64,000 nucleotides of DNA from Clostridia bacterium. Its GTDB lineage: Bacteria > Bacillota > Clostridia > Oscillospirales > CAG-272. The stretch covers positions 45,856 through 109,855 of the forward strand of contig JAFTKN010000006.1 in NCBI GenBank assembly GCA_017453255.1. The letters are read 5' to 3'. The notes beneath the pieces were generated by a model. It ran no database searches. It was not told the origin of the DNA and saw nothing but the letters and a program-made list of their open reading frames with translations. Made by a program: the position numbers and the translations under genes. How positions within the stretch are numbered: position 1 is the first letter of the stretch; every line of letters begins with the position of its first letter. Shown in pieces: positions 19,093-27,068 of this stretch.

Positions 19093-20172
19093 TTAAGCAA
19101 AAATTTTATCCCAACCGATAAATTCATATAAGTAAGCCGAACCATTTAACTCGTTAGTGAACAATGCTATTAATAAAACTATGGTTAAACCAACTACAAT
19201 AAATTTAAATCCAGGCTCGTTTATTCGATCATAAAGTTGTACCATGAGCAAACATAGGAAAATGGAAAAGTACATTGCTACACGCATTATAGCTCCGTTC
19301 AATCCAACAAAAGGCATAATCAAAAGTGCAACAATGATTAAACATGTAAAATAATTATATTCCTTGTCTTGATCCTCATTGCTTGGAAATAACCCCTTAA
19401 ATATCACCGATACAAAAGCTATAAATAGTAAAAGCAAGGTATATGTTGTTGCTTCTCCGTGCTCAAGAATTTCGTAATCACTATATCTTTCAAAAAAGTC
19501 TATCAAAAAGAAGAAAATATTATTTCTTGTTAGATACAAAACTGGAAGCGCAATCAATGATCCTATGAAAAACTTTCGTCCCGTTTTTATAACCACACTT
19601 AAAATATATACAACCAAAAATATCAAGGCCGTTTGATGAAACATAAAAGCTATCAAGACCTTTATTGCAAATCTGATTAATTGTTTCTTTTTAACATTTT
19701 CATACGCCAAAAGTAATATAGCCAGTGCTATGCTTTGTCTGATACCTGTTAAAAAGAATGTATAGAACATACATGTAAATATTGTCAAGCTTAAAAATGG
19801 TCTTTTTGAATTTTTCCAAACCCAATATCCCACTGCCGAATATTCAAATAGAGATGTGATTAATAAAAAGTGGCTAAAATTATTGCTTATTCTACTAAAT
19901 AGCCAGCAAAACCAAACATATCCCTGTTCCATTTCACTATATTTATTTGGAGCAAACAATGTTCCAAATTCATATTTTGAAATGTCTTTAAAAATACCAT
20001 AGTATGTTAGAGTATCGTGTCCTACATCAAGCGAACGTGCACCCGCTATAAAACCCAATAATAAAACCATTACTATGAATATAAATTTTTGTCCTTTTTT
20101 AAATCGCTCAGAATCGAAGAAAAATGCACTTTCTGCGACAAGAGCGCCAACTAATACCAAATATATTGTCAT
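19093..20172 (-). CDS. EpsG-family polytopic membrane protein, the likely Wzy-type repeat-unit polymerase
   Basis: 359 aa with about 10 hydrophobic segments and EpsG-like composition, located between GT genes. Confidence 0.65.
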   Translation of the reverse strand: MTIYLVLVGALVAESAFFFDSERFKKGQKFIFIVMVLLLGFIAGARSLDVGHDTLTYYGIFKDISKYEFGTLFAPNKYSEMEQGYVWFCWLFSRISNNFSHFLLITSLFEYSAVGYWVWKNSKRPFLSLTIFTCMFYTFFLTGIRQSIALAILLLAYENVKKKQLIRFAIKVLIAFMFHQTALIFLVVYILSVVIKTGRKFFIGSLIALPVLYLTRNNIFFFLIDFFERYSDYEILEHGEATTYTLLLLFIAFVSVIFKGLFPSNEDQDKEYNYFTCLIIVALLIMPFVGLNGAIMRVAMYFSIFLCLLMVQLYDRINEPGFKFIVVGLTIVLLIALFTNELNGSAYLYEFIGWDKIFA

Positions 20173-20193
20173 TTCTATTTTCCTTTTAGGTGC

Positions 20194-21168
20194 TTATTTT
20201 ACCTTAATCTTACGATAAACTTTTCTTGCTATATTTCTTAAAGCTCCAATAAACCACTTAAGTCCACAGCTTAGAGGTAATGTAAAATAATACTGAACCC
20301 AGTTTGTATATTTCCTTAAATATGTTTTCTTTACATATTTAAATGCCTGTTTCATATGTCTATATTTTAACCCTTTATAAAACTTTACAATTATTTTACC
20401 GATATTATCAATATTCATTTTTGCTAAGTTGTCAGCTATTTGAATATGCAAATCGTTAAGTTCTTTATCAAAAAGATTTACTTTTGTTTTTCCCACCTGT
20501 TGCTTATGAGATCTATTCTTAACAAGTCTATCCTCTTTCATGCAATAGAACTCATACCCAGCAAATAAAAGCCTATACCAATACTCAACATCTGATACGG
20601 TTCGTATTTTCTCATCAAAACCACCAACATTTTTCACGCAAGAGGAAGGTAGTAAAAATGCGCACCCCGATAATCTATAATTAAAAACATTATTTATTAT
20701 CGTTTCGATTGGTTTTTCATGTTCTTTAACACCACTATAATCAGGGAGCCTTATTGTTTTCCCCTCTTTATCTATTGACTCAGTAGCACATCTTATTGTA
20801 ATTTTATCTAAATTTATACTATCATCTTTCTCTAACAACTTGTTAATAAACAAAATTTGTTTTTCGATTTTTTCTGGCTTGTATAAATCATCGTGGCTAA
20901 GCCAAGAAAACCATTCACCTGTCATTTTTGTGAAAGCAAAATTTAATGCGGAAGAAACTCCACCATTTTCCTTATGATAATATTTAATTTGATCTCCATA
21001 AGAAAGCGCTATTTTTTCACTTTCACCATTGTCTGTCGAACCATCATTTACAACTATAATCTCACAATTCTTATATGTTTGAAATAATGCAGCATCAATT
21101 GCTTGAGATAAATAATTACTTCCATTGTATACAGGAATAATAATAGTAACTTTAGGTTGATAATTCAT
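20194..21168 (-). CDS. Family 2 glycosyltransferase
   Basis: 324 aa. VTIIIPVYNGSNYLSQAIDAALFQTY..IIVVNDGSTD is the canonical GT2 N-terminus. Confidence 0.85.
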   Translation of the reverse strand: MNYQPKVTIIIPVYNGSNYLSQAIDAALFQTYKNCEIIVVNDGSTDNGESEKIALSYGDQIKYYHKENGGVSSALNFAFTKMTGEWFSWLSHDDLYKPEKIEKQILFINKLLEKDDSINLDKITIRCATESIDKEGKTIRLPDYSGVKEHEKPIETIINNVFNYRLSGCAFLLPSSCVKNVGGFDEKIRTVSDVEYWYRLLFAGYEFYCMKEDRLVKNRSHKQQVGKTKVNLFDKELNDLHIQIADNLAKMNIDNIGKIIVKFYKGLKYRHMKQAFKYVKKTYLRKYTNWVQYYFTLPLSCGLKWFIGALRNIARKVYRKIKVK

Positions 21169-21583
21169 TCTTTGCCTCGTTATTTAATTTTTCTCTTAAA
21201 ATTGTAGATGATATACCATCTGTGTGTTCTAAATAAACAATTTCTACACCAACAGGCTTAAATTGCTTTTCATACATATTCCATTGAGGAGTTCCTTTCC
21301 AATCTGAGCCTACAAACATTTTGTTAAATTGATAAACTTCCCATGCCGAAAACTTATCCTTGTTTATTTGAGGAACTACTTTGTCTACGTATTTAATAGC
21401 TTCAACAATAGCACATCTTTCTTCAAACGAAATAATGGGCTTCTTATTCTTGTCTCGAACAACAAGCTCATCTGTACTTACACCAACGATTAAAAAATCG
21501 CATTGTTCTTTTGCCTTTTTAAGTATGTTTAAATGTCCTATATGAAACATATCATATACACCTGTTGTATATCCGATGACCAT
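21152..21583 (-). CDS. tagD: Cytidylyltransferase, TagD-like (glycerol-3-phosphate cytidylyltransferase family)
   Basis: 143 aa. GYTTGVYDMFHIGHLNILKKAKE (HxGH) and GISSTILREKL (ISST) match TagD/CTP-transferase motifs. The alcohol-phosphate substrate is not certain. Confidence 0.7.
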   Translation of the reverse strand: MVIGYTTGVYDMFHIGHLNILKKAKEQCDFLIVGVSTDELVVRDKNKKPIISFEERCAIVEAIKYVDKVVPQINKDKFSAWEVYQFNKMFVGSDWKGTPQWNMYEKQFKPVGVEIVYLEHTDGISSTILREKLNNEAKNELST

Positions 21584-22390
21584 TTATTTATCCTCTTTAT
21601 TTGTTTCAAGTTTCTTCTTTGACTCTTTTTCAAAATATGTAGCTCTTCTGCAATAAATCAATATGACTGCAAGAAAAGAAAGTATATAGTAGATTGTATA
21701 CACAATTAGCATGATATCAAATGTATTTGTAAATAGCGCAACAAAAAGCCATGGCATGAATAGTCCTGCAACTCCAAAATTTTTATCAATTTGCTCTCTA
21801 ATATATGCAAAGCTTCTCTTGTTCTCTGTATCTTTAAGTGTTATGTCGTTAAGCTCACCAAGCTCTTTTTTTGCGGCAAAATAGCAAACTAAATATTTTT
21901 GATGAATTAATCTTGTATAAATATTAGAAATTGCTCCAATTGCAGCTATTAAAATAAATAAAAATCTATATTGTTCTCCAATGTGAGTAACTAAAAACGA
22001 TGTGTGATAAGCTGCCATTCCCAATCCAATAGTAGTAAATGCGAACGGACCATAGCCAGCAATCGCATCGTAAAAATCACCCATAAACGATTTTTGTTTT
22101 TTCACTCTAGCGATATTGCCATCAACACAATCTAAAACTAACCAAAAGTTTGTTAAAACGACTCCAACAAGCATGCACCAAAAATTAGGTATGCAGAATA
22201 AACATGCTCCTGCAAAAATAACTACCCATGATAAGAGCGACACCATATTAGCACTCCAACCAGTATTTATAAATGCATAAGTGAATGGAAAAGAAATCTT
22301 GCGAATCAATAATCGTACCCAAATAGAACTTCTACCATTTTTCTTTTTTGGCAAAGAATTAACAATTTCTTTAAAACTATAATGTTTCAT
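21584..22390 (-). CDS. CDP-alcohol phosphatidyltransferase-family membrane enzyme
   Basis: 268 aa, polytopic. LDCVDGNIARV fits the D-x2-D-G-x2-A-R signature. Confidence 0.75.
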   Translation of the reverse strand: MKHYSFKEIVNSLPKKKNGRSSIWVRLLIRKISFPFTYAFINTGWSANMVSLLSWVVIFAGACLFCIPNFWCMLVGVVLTNFWLVLDCVDGNIARVKKQKSFMGDFYDAIAGYGPFAFTTIGLGMAAYHTSFLVTHIGEQYRFLFILIAAIGAISNIYTRLIHQKYLVCYFAAKKELGELNDITLKDTENKRSFAYIREQIDKNFGVAGLFMPWLFVALFTNTFDIMLIVYTIYYILSFLAVILIYCRRATYFEKESKKKLETNKEDK

Positions 22391-23582
22391 TTTTTATCCT
22401 TTCGTTTTGCAAAATTTCCAAATATATATCTTGCATTACCTTAAGTGCATTAGACAACTCAAAAGGTTCAACAGCTTTTAAGCAAGCCTCTTTCATACTT
22501 TCTCTAAGTTCTTTATTAGATGCAAGTTTTTCTATCGCAAAGGCAAATCCTTTCACATCTTTTGGTGACAATGCGTATCCTGTTTTCCCATCAATAACAT
22601 AATCAAGTATTCCATGCACATTAGATGAAACAAGGGGTACTCCTGCAGCCATTGCTTCTATTCCGGCTAAGCCCAGCCCTTCTATTTTTGAAGGAAAGGC
22701 ACTTATATCAGCAGAATTACATAACTCGGGAATATCTTTTCTAAAACCTAAAAATATTACATTTTCAAAAATTTCATATTTTTTAGCTAAATTTTCAAGA
22801 TATTCCTTTAATGGACCTTTTCCACAAATAACATAATATATATCTTTTCGTTGTAGTTTACCCAGTGCTTTGATAATAACCTCGTGATTCTTTCTATCAA
22901 TCATTTCACCAATTGATAAAAGCATTATTGCATCCCTTGGAAGTCCAATACTTTCTTTATATGCTTGCTTATCAATTTGCACATTTTTGATTCTATTAAT
23001 ATCAACTCCTACACTTGGAATGTATCTTGTGTTTTTTGTGTGGAATTTTTGTGTTCTGTTAAAATCCTCTTTATTAATTGTAACAATATAATCGCAATGG
23101 CGTGAAAGATGCTTTTCGATTGGATAATAAATAAGCCAATTTTTCTTTGGCGATGCGTTATGAAAATGAAAACCATGACATGTGTACATAACTACACTAC
23201 CTTTTTTTCTTGCTTTTTTTGCAGCAAGACGCGTCATCATCGATGCCGCTGGTGTATGACAATGTATCAAATCAAAGTTATTTTCATTAATAATTTTTTT
23301 CAGTTGCTTATATGCACTTATATTCTTTATGCTAAGTGGGCTTCTATTAAAATGAATATTATGTATAACTATTCCATCAGCTCTTAATTTTTCTATGTAA
23401 TGTATAGTTCTTTCACTATCCGTATCTTCAACATAGTCAAAATTACACGCTATATGAACGTCGCACCCTAAGTCCTTTTTTAAAAAGTCCACATTTTCTT
23501 TATTAAACCATTCGATAAAAGAAACTACACTTGCTACAATTAATACTTTTTTCAAAGTCCTTCTCCTGACATTATTTTCCAA
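22377..23582 (-). CDS. Family 4 glycosyltransferase
   Basis: 401 aa. PSKIEGLGLAGIEAMAAGVPLVSSNVHG is the GT4 C-terminal motif. Confidence 0.8.
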   Translation of the reverse strand: MENNVRRRTLKKVLIVASVVSFIEWFNKENVDFLKKDLGCDVHIACNFDYVEDTDSERTIHYIEKLRADGIVIHNIHFNRSPLSIKNISAYKQLKKIINENNFDLIHCHTPAASMMTRLAAKKARKKGSVVMYTCHGFHFHNASPKKNWLIYYPIEKHLSRHCDYIVTINKEDFNRTQKFHTKNTRYIPSVGVDINRIKNVQIDKQAYKESIGLPRDAIMLLSIGEMIDRKNHEVIIKALGKLQRKDIYYVICGKGPLKEYLENLAKKYEIFENVIFLGFRKDIPELCNSADISAFPSKIEGLGLAGIEAMAAGVPLVSSNVHGILDYVIDGKTGYALSPKDVKGFAFAIEKLASNKELRESMKEACLKAVEPFELSNALKVMQDIYLEILQNERIKNETL

Positions 23583-24342
23583 TCAATTCCAAAGCCTCGG
23601 ATTGAAGCTTATCATATTCTTCCTTTGTTACTTTGCCGTTTGAGAGGAGATAGTCTCCGAGGTCTGTTGCTGTTGCTTCGCCCTCCTCGGTAATGCCGTC
23701 ACGCTTAAAAACCTTAAATGCAGTTTTAAAGATTATTCCTATATCTCTCCAAAGGCTAATTTTTTGTATGTATTTTAAGTCGTATTCAAATTTCTTTTCC
23801 CAAGACATATTGTTTCTTCCACTACACTGTGCAAGTCCTGTTAGCCCTGGCTTTACTGTATGTCTTTCGTTTTGTTCATCAGTCATAAACACCATATCTC
23901 TAACAAGCTGTGGTCTTGGACCTACTATTGACATATTGCCAATGAATATATTTATTAGCTCGGGTAGCTCGTCAAGTGATGTGGAACGGAGAAATTTGCC
24001 GTATTTTGTAAGGCGCTTTTCGTCTGGTAAAAGGTTACCATTTTCGTCCTTTTCGTTTGTCATAGTGCGAAATTTAATAAGCTTAAATATCTTTCCGTTT
24101 TTTCCTGGGCGAAGCTGTGTAAAGAAGGGATTTCCCTTCATTTTAATAGCTCCCAATATAATCAATATTAATAAAACAGGTGATAGAACTGATATTGCTA
24201 TAAAGCTTAATAAAATATCGTAAAAGCGTTTAAAGAAATGCCTATACCAAAGTGCTGAAAGAAGCACAAAAGCAACAAGTCCTATTAAGCCTATTATCAA
24301 ATATCCCCAAACGGTAGTTGTCATAAATTTGACGAAATCCAT
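23572..24342 (-). CDS. Initiating undecaprenyl-phosphate sugar-phosphate transferase (small PglC/WbaP-C type bacterial sugar transferase)
   Basis: 256 aa. One N-terminal re-entrant/TM segment, then KFRTM, SLDELPELINIFIGNMSIVGPRP and KPGLTGLAQ. Confidence 0.85.
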   Translation of the reverse strand: MDFVKFMTTTVWGYLIIGLIGLVAFVLLSALWYRHFFKRFYDILLSFIAISVLSPVLLILIILGAIKMKGNPFFTQLRPGKNGKIFKLIKFRTMTNEKDENGNLLPDEKRLTKYGKFLRSTSLDELPELINIFIGNMSIVGPRPQLVRDMVFMTDEQNERHTVKPGLTGLAQCSGRNNMSWEKKFEYDLKYIQKISLWRDIGIIFKTAFKVFKRDGITEEGEATATDLGDYLLSNGKVTKEEYDKLQSEALELIGK

Positions 24343-25475
24343 CAGATGAAAAACTCCTTTATGGCATTTATTACATAATCCTGCTCGTCCTCGGTCATTT
24401 TTATATCGCTAGGCAAACAAAGTCCACGAGCAAAAATATCCTCATTTACAGGCTTGTCCTCAACGTAAATAAAATCACAATCTTTGAACACTGGTTGCAT
24501 ATGCATTGGCTTCCAAATTGGCCTTGTTTCGATATTTAATTCATTTAATTTATTCATTAAATCCATTGGGTTTTTGTTAATTCCCTCATTTATAGTTATG
24601 CAGGTAAGCCAAAAGTTTGGAACACTATTTTCCAAATATGGATTCAATGTAACAGGAAGCTCCTTGAAGCCTTCCTTATAGCGATTATATATTTTTTCCT
24701 TTAAAGCTCTATGCTCATCGAGGTGCAAAAGCTGGCCTCTACCAATGCCTGCGACTACGTTTGACATACGGTAATTGTAACCAATATGCTCATGCTGATA
24801 CCAAGGAGCCTTTTCTCTTGCTTGCGTTGCTAATTTAAATGCTTGCTCACGTGCACCACCAATATTAGTTATAAGCATACCACCACCAGATGTGGTAATA
24901 ATCTTGTTTCCATTAAAACTAATTGCATTATATTGACCAAATGTACCACACTCTCTGCCTTGATATTTAGCACTAAGAGCCTCGGCGGCATCCTCTATTA
25001 AAATAGCATTATGCTTTTTACAAATTTCTAAAATTTCATCCATTTTTGATGGAGTACCATATAAATGAGCAAGTACGACTACCTTTGCCTCGGGATATTT
25101 TTCAAACGCTTTTTCGAGAGCGCGTGGATCCATATTCCATGTATCCCTTTCTGAATCTATGTAAACCTGCTTTCCTCCCTCGTACGAAACAGGATTAACC
25201 GTTGCGGCAAATGTCATATCTGAGCACAAAACAATATCTCCCTCTTTAACTCCAGATAGCTTTGTCGCAAGATGTAGTGCTGCTGTTCCTGAGCAAAGAG
25301 CAAGTGTTTTAAAGCCGTCATCAATACCCTTGTTTAAATATTGGTCCATTTCCATCTCAAAATTGTCACAGTTAAAGCCAAGGGGAGCAATCCAGTTTTT
25401 ATCAAACGCTTCCTTAACATATTCCATTTCCTCACCGTGCATTGTCGGTGTAGATAACATAATTCTCTTTTCCAT
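24342..25475 (-). CDS. DegT-family PLP aminotransferase (PglE/EpsN-like, probably acting on a UDP-4-keto-6-deoxy-HexNAc)
   Basis: 377 aa of the DegT family (ISFNGNKIITTSGGG with the lysine). It is the first gene of the locus and lies next to the PglC-like transferase. Confidence 0.8.
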   Translation of the reverse strand: MEKRIMLSTPTMHGEEMEYVKEAFDKNWIAPLGFNCDNFEMEMDQYLNKGIDDGFKTLALCSGTAALHLATKLSGVKEGDIVLCSDMTFAATVNPVSYEGGKQVYIDSERDTWNMDPRALEKAFEKYPEAKVVVLAHLYGTPSKMDEILEICKKHNAILIEDAAEALSAKYQGRECGTFGQYNAISFNGNKIITTSGGGMLITNIGGAREQAFKLATQAREKAPWYQHEHIGYNYRMSNVVAGIGRGQLLHLDEHRALKEKIYNRYKEGFKELPVTLNPYLENSVPNFWLTCITINEGINKNPMDLMNKLNELNIETRPIWKPMHMQPVFKDCDFIYVEDKPVNEDIFARGLCLPSDIKMTEDEQDYVINAIKEFFI

Positions 25476-25517
25476 AGCTTAAATCTCCAAATAACTAAAA
25501 CAGTTATAATCTATACA

Positions 25518-25546
25518 ATTATATTATATAAAAAGGGTTTTGTCAA
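25518..25546 (-). promoter_or_regulatory. Consensus sigma-A promoter of the polysaccharide locus
   Basis: Minus strand TTGACA (25541-25546), 17-nt spacer, TATAAT (25518-25523), about 40 nt upstream of the ATG at 25475. Confidence 0.6.
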
Positions 25547-25632
25547 CCTTTTTTAGTTTTTAAATATTATATAGATTAAATATATAGACAAAAAAAGCAG
25601 GGAGCTGGGTTGGAAAAAAATATTTTTGGCGT

Positions 25633-25664
25633 AAAAAAAGCCTCGAAAAATTGAGGCTTTTTTT
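25633..25664. terminator. Bidirectional intrinsic terminator after the cyclophilin gene
   Basis: GCCTC/GAGGC stem flanked by A7 and T7 runs. Confidence 0.6.
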
Positions 25665-25672
25665 AATTTCGA

Positions 25673-26512
25673 TTAGTGGTGATCTTCACCATCGGCGTGA
25701 CTATGATAAGTTATACTCTTGATAACTGGTCTTTCGTCAATTGAAATAATTTCACTTGTTGCTTTATCGCAGATATCTTTGATAACTTCAAATCCGTCTG
25801 TTACTCTACCAAAGGCTGCATATTTTCCATCGAGACTTGCTGTATTACTTGCACTTGTTTCATCAACTATAAAGAATTCAGAGCTTGCACTATCATTATC
25901 ACTACCAAGACGAGCCATTGAAATAACTCCCGCTACGTGCTTGATTGGGTTATCCACACCATTTTCACTAAACTCACCCTTGATTGTATCCGCTTCAATC
26001 TTATTGCCTGATACATCATATCCACCGCCCTGTGCCATAAAGCCATCTGTTGCTCTATGGAAGGTCAAGCCATCATAAAAGCCCTCTTCAATAAGCTTAA
26101 CGAAGTTATCTACAGTTATAGGAGCCTCATTACCATAAAGCTCAATAGTGATTGGGTAATTCTCATATCCCTCAATTACCATTGTTACATGATGAGTTGC
26201 CTCAAAATCCTGTTCTCCTGCTTTGTCGTTCAAATAAGAATCATCTGCTTTCAAATTAGTAGAGCCAAAGCCAGATGTTCCTGTGCTTTTGTTGCTTGAG
26301 TCATTATCTGTATTCGAAGAGAAGTCGAGGTTTGCAATCAAGGTGATTAAGCAAATAAATGCTGCAACGGCTAACACAACTAACACGCCGATACCAATCT
26401 GCTTAGCTACCTTTTTAATCTTTTTTCTGCGCTTAGCCTTTTCCTTCTCAATCTTTGCTTGGAGAGTCTTTTCAGTAACATAGTTACTGTTTTTTCTTTG
26501 TTTCTTTCCCAT
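25673..26512 (-). CDS. Membrane-anchored cyclophilin-type peptidyl-prolyl cis-trans isomerase
   Basis: Start taken at MGKKQRKNSNY (26512, GGAGG RBS). It has a basic N-terminus, one TM segment, an S/T/N-rich linker, then the cyclophilin core (FHRATDGFMAQGGG). Confidence 0.85.
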   Translation of the reverse strand: MGKKQRKNSNYVTEKTLQAKIEKEKAKRRKKIKKVAKQIGIGVLVVLAVAAFICLITLIANLDFSSNTDNDSSNKSTGTSGFGSTNLKADDSYLNDKAGEQDFEATHHVTMVIEGYENYPITIELYGNEAPITVDNFVKLIEEGFYDGLTFHRATDGFMAQGGGYDVSGNKIEADTIKGEFSENGVDNPIKHVAGVISMARLGSDNDSASSEFFIVDETSASNTASLDGKYAAFGRVTDGFEVIKDICDKATSEIISIDERPVIKSITYHSHADGEDHH

Positions 26513-26522
26513 GTTTCCTCCG

Positions 26523-26693
26523 TTAATTACCACCGAATGCTGCTAATAAAACAAGTGCTAAGCCTGCAACAAAGCAAACTGTAGCAAGGATAATCATAAA
26601 TGTCTTATTGTTCTTACGCTTTTGAACAATCTTTTCACTTTCTTGTCTTTTAGCCTCGGTTTGATAATTACTATTTTTTCTTTTTTTAGACAT
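26523..26693 (-). CDS. 56-aa basic, single-TM protein (unlisted small ORF)
   Basis: MSKKRKNSNYQTEAKRQESEKIVQKRKNNKTFMIILATVCFVAGLALVLLAAFGGN. Its N-terminus resembles that of the downstream cyclophilin. No clear RBS was checked. Confidence 0.4.
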   Translation of the reverse strand: MSKKRKNSNYQTEAKRQESEKIVQKRKNNKTFMIILATVCFVAGLALVLLAAFGGN

Positions 26694-26785
26694 TAATGTG
26701 TCCTTTCAATTTAATTTCCTTGATAGTATAGCATAATTTTTAAAGATATTCAACATTTTTTTGACACATTTTCAAGTTTTTAATA

Positions 26786-26814
26786 TTGACTTTATATTTC
26801 AGTTGTGATATACT
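26786..26814 (+). promoter_or_regulatory. Sigma-A promoter with an extended -10 for scfA
   Basis: TTGACT (26786-26791), 17-nt spacer, TGaTATACT (26806-26814). Confidence 0.55.
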
Positions 26815-26849
26815 TTAGTCGAAAAGTACAGAAATCGGAGGATTTATTC

Positions 26850-26999
26850 ATGGAACACATTAAGACAATTAAGACTGGTAATCTTTGCGAAAGCGCTAAG
26901 AACGGTGGCTGTGGTGAGTGCCAAACATCTTGCCAATCTGCTTGCAAGACAAGCTGTGGTATCGCTAACCAAGCGTGCGAAAACAACGAAAGAAAATAA
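26850..26999 (+). CDS. scfA: SCIFF (six-cysteines-in-forty-five) ranthipeptide precursor
   Basis: MEHIKTIKTGNLCESAKNGGCGECQTSCQSACKTSCGIANQACENNERK. The GGCGECQTSCQSACKTSC core is the family hallmark. GGAGG RBS. The ORF-track start at 26805 is too early. Confidence 0.9.
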   Translation: MEHIKTIKTGNLCESAKNGGCGECQTSCQSACKTSCGIANQACENNERK

Positions 27000-27017
27000 T
27001 TTAACGCACACAAAATT

Positions 27018-27057
27018 CGGACTGCAAAAGGACTAACCTTGTGCAGTCCGATTTTAT
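27018..27057 (+). terminator. Strong hairpin with a U-rich tail between scfA and scfB (probable partial terminator/attenuator)
   Basis: CGGACTGCA/TGCAGTCCG (27018-27026 with 27042-27050) plus an inner AAGG/CCTT, then ATTTTATT. The scfB RBS follows immediately. Confidence 0.55.
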
Positions 27058-27068
27058 TAAGGAGAAAT

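Noticed and set aside
23693-24223. 176-aa plus-strand ORF
   Set aside because: It is antisense to the PglC-like sugar transferase, whose motifs are unambiguous.
26792-27013. 73-aa minus-strand ORF
   Set aside because: It is antisense to the unmistakable SCIFF precursor (scfA) on the plus strand.
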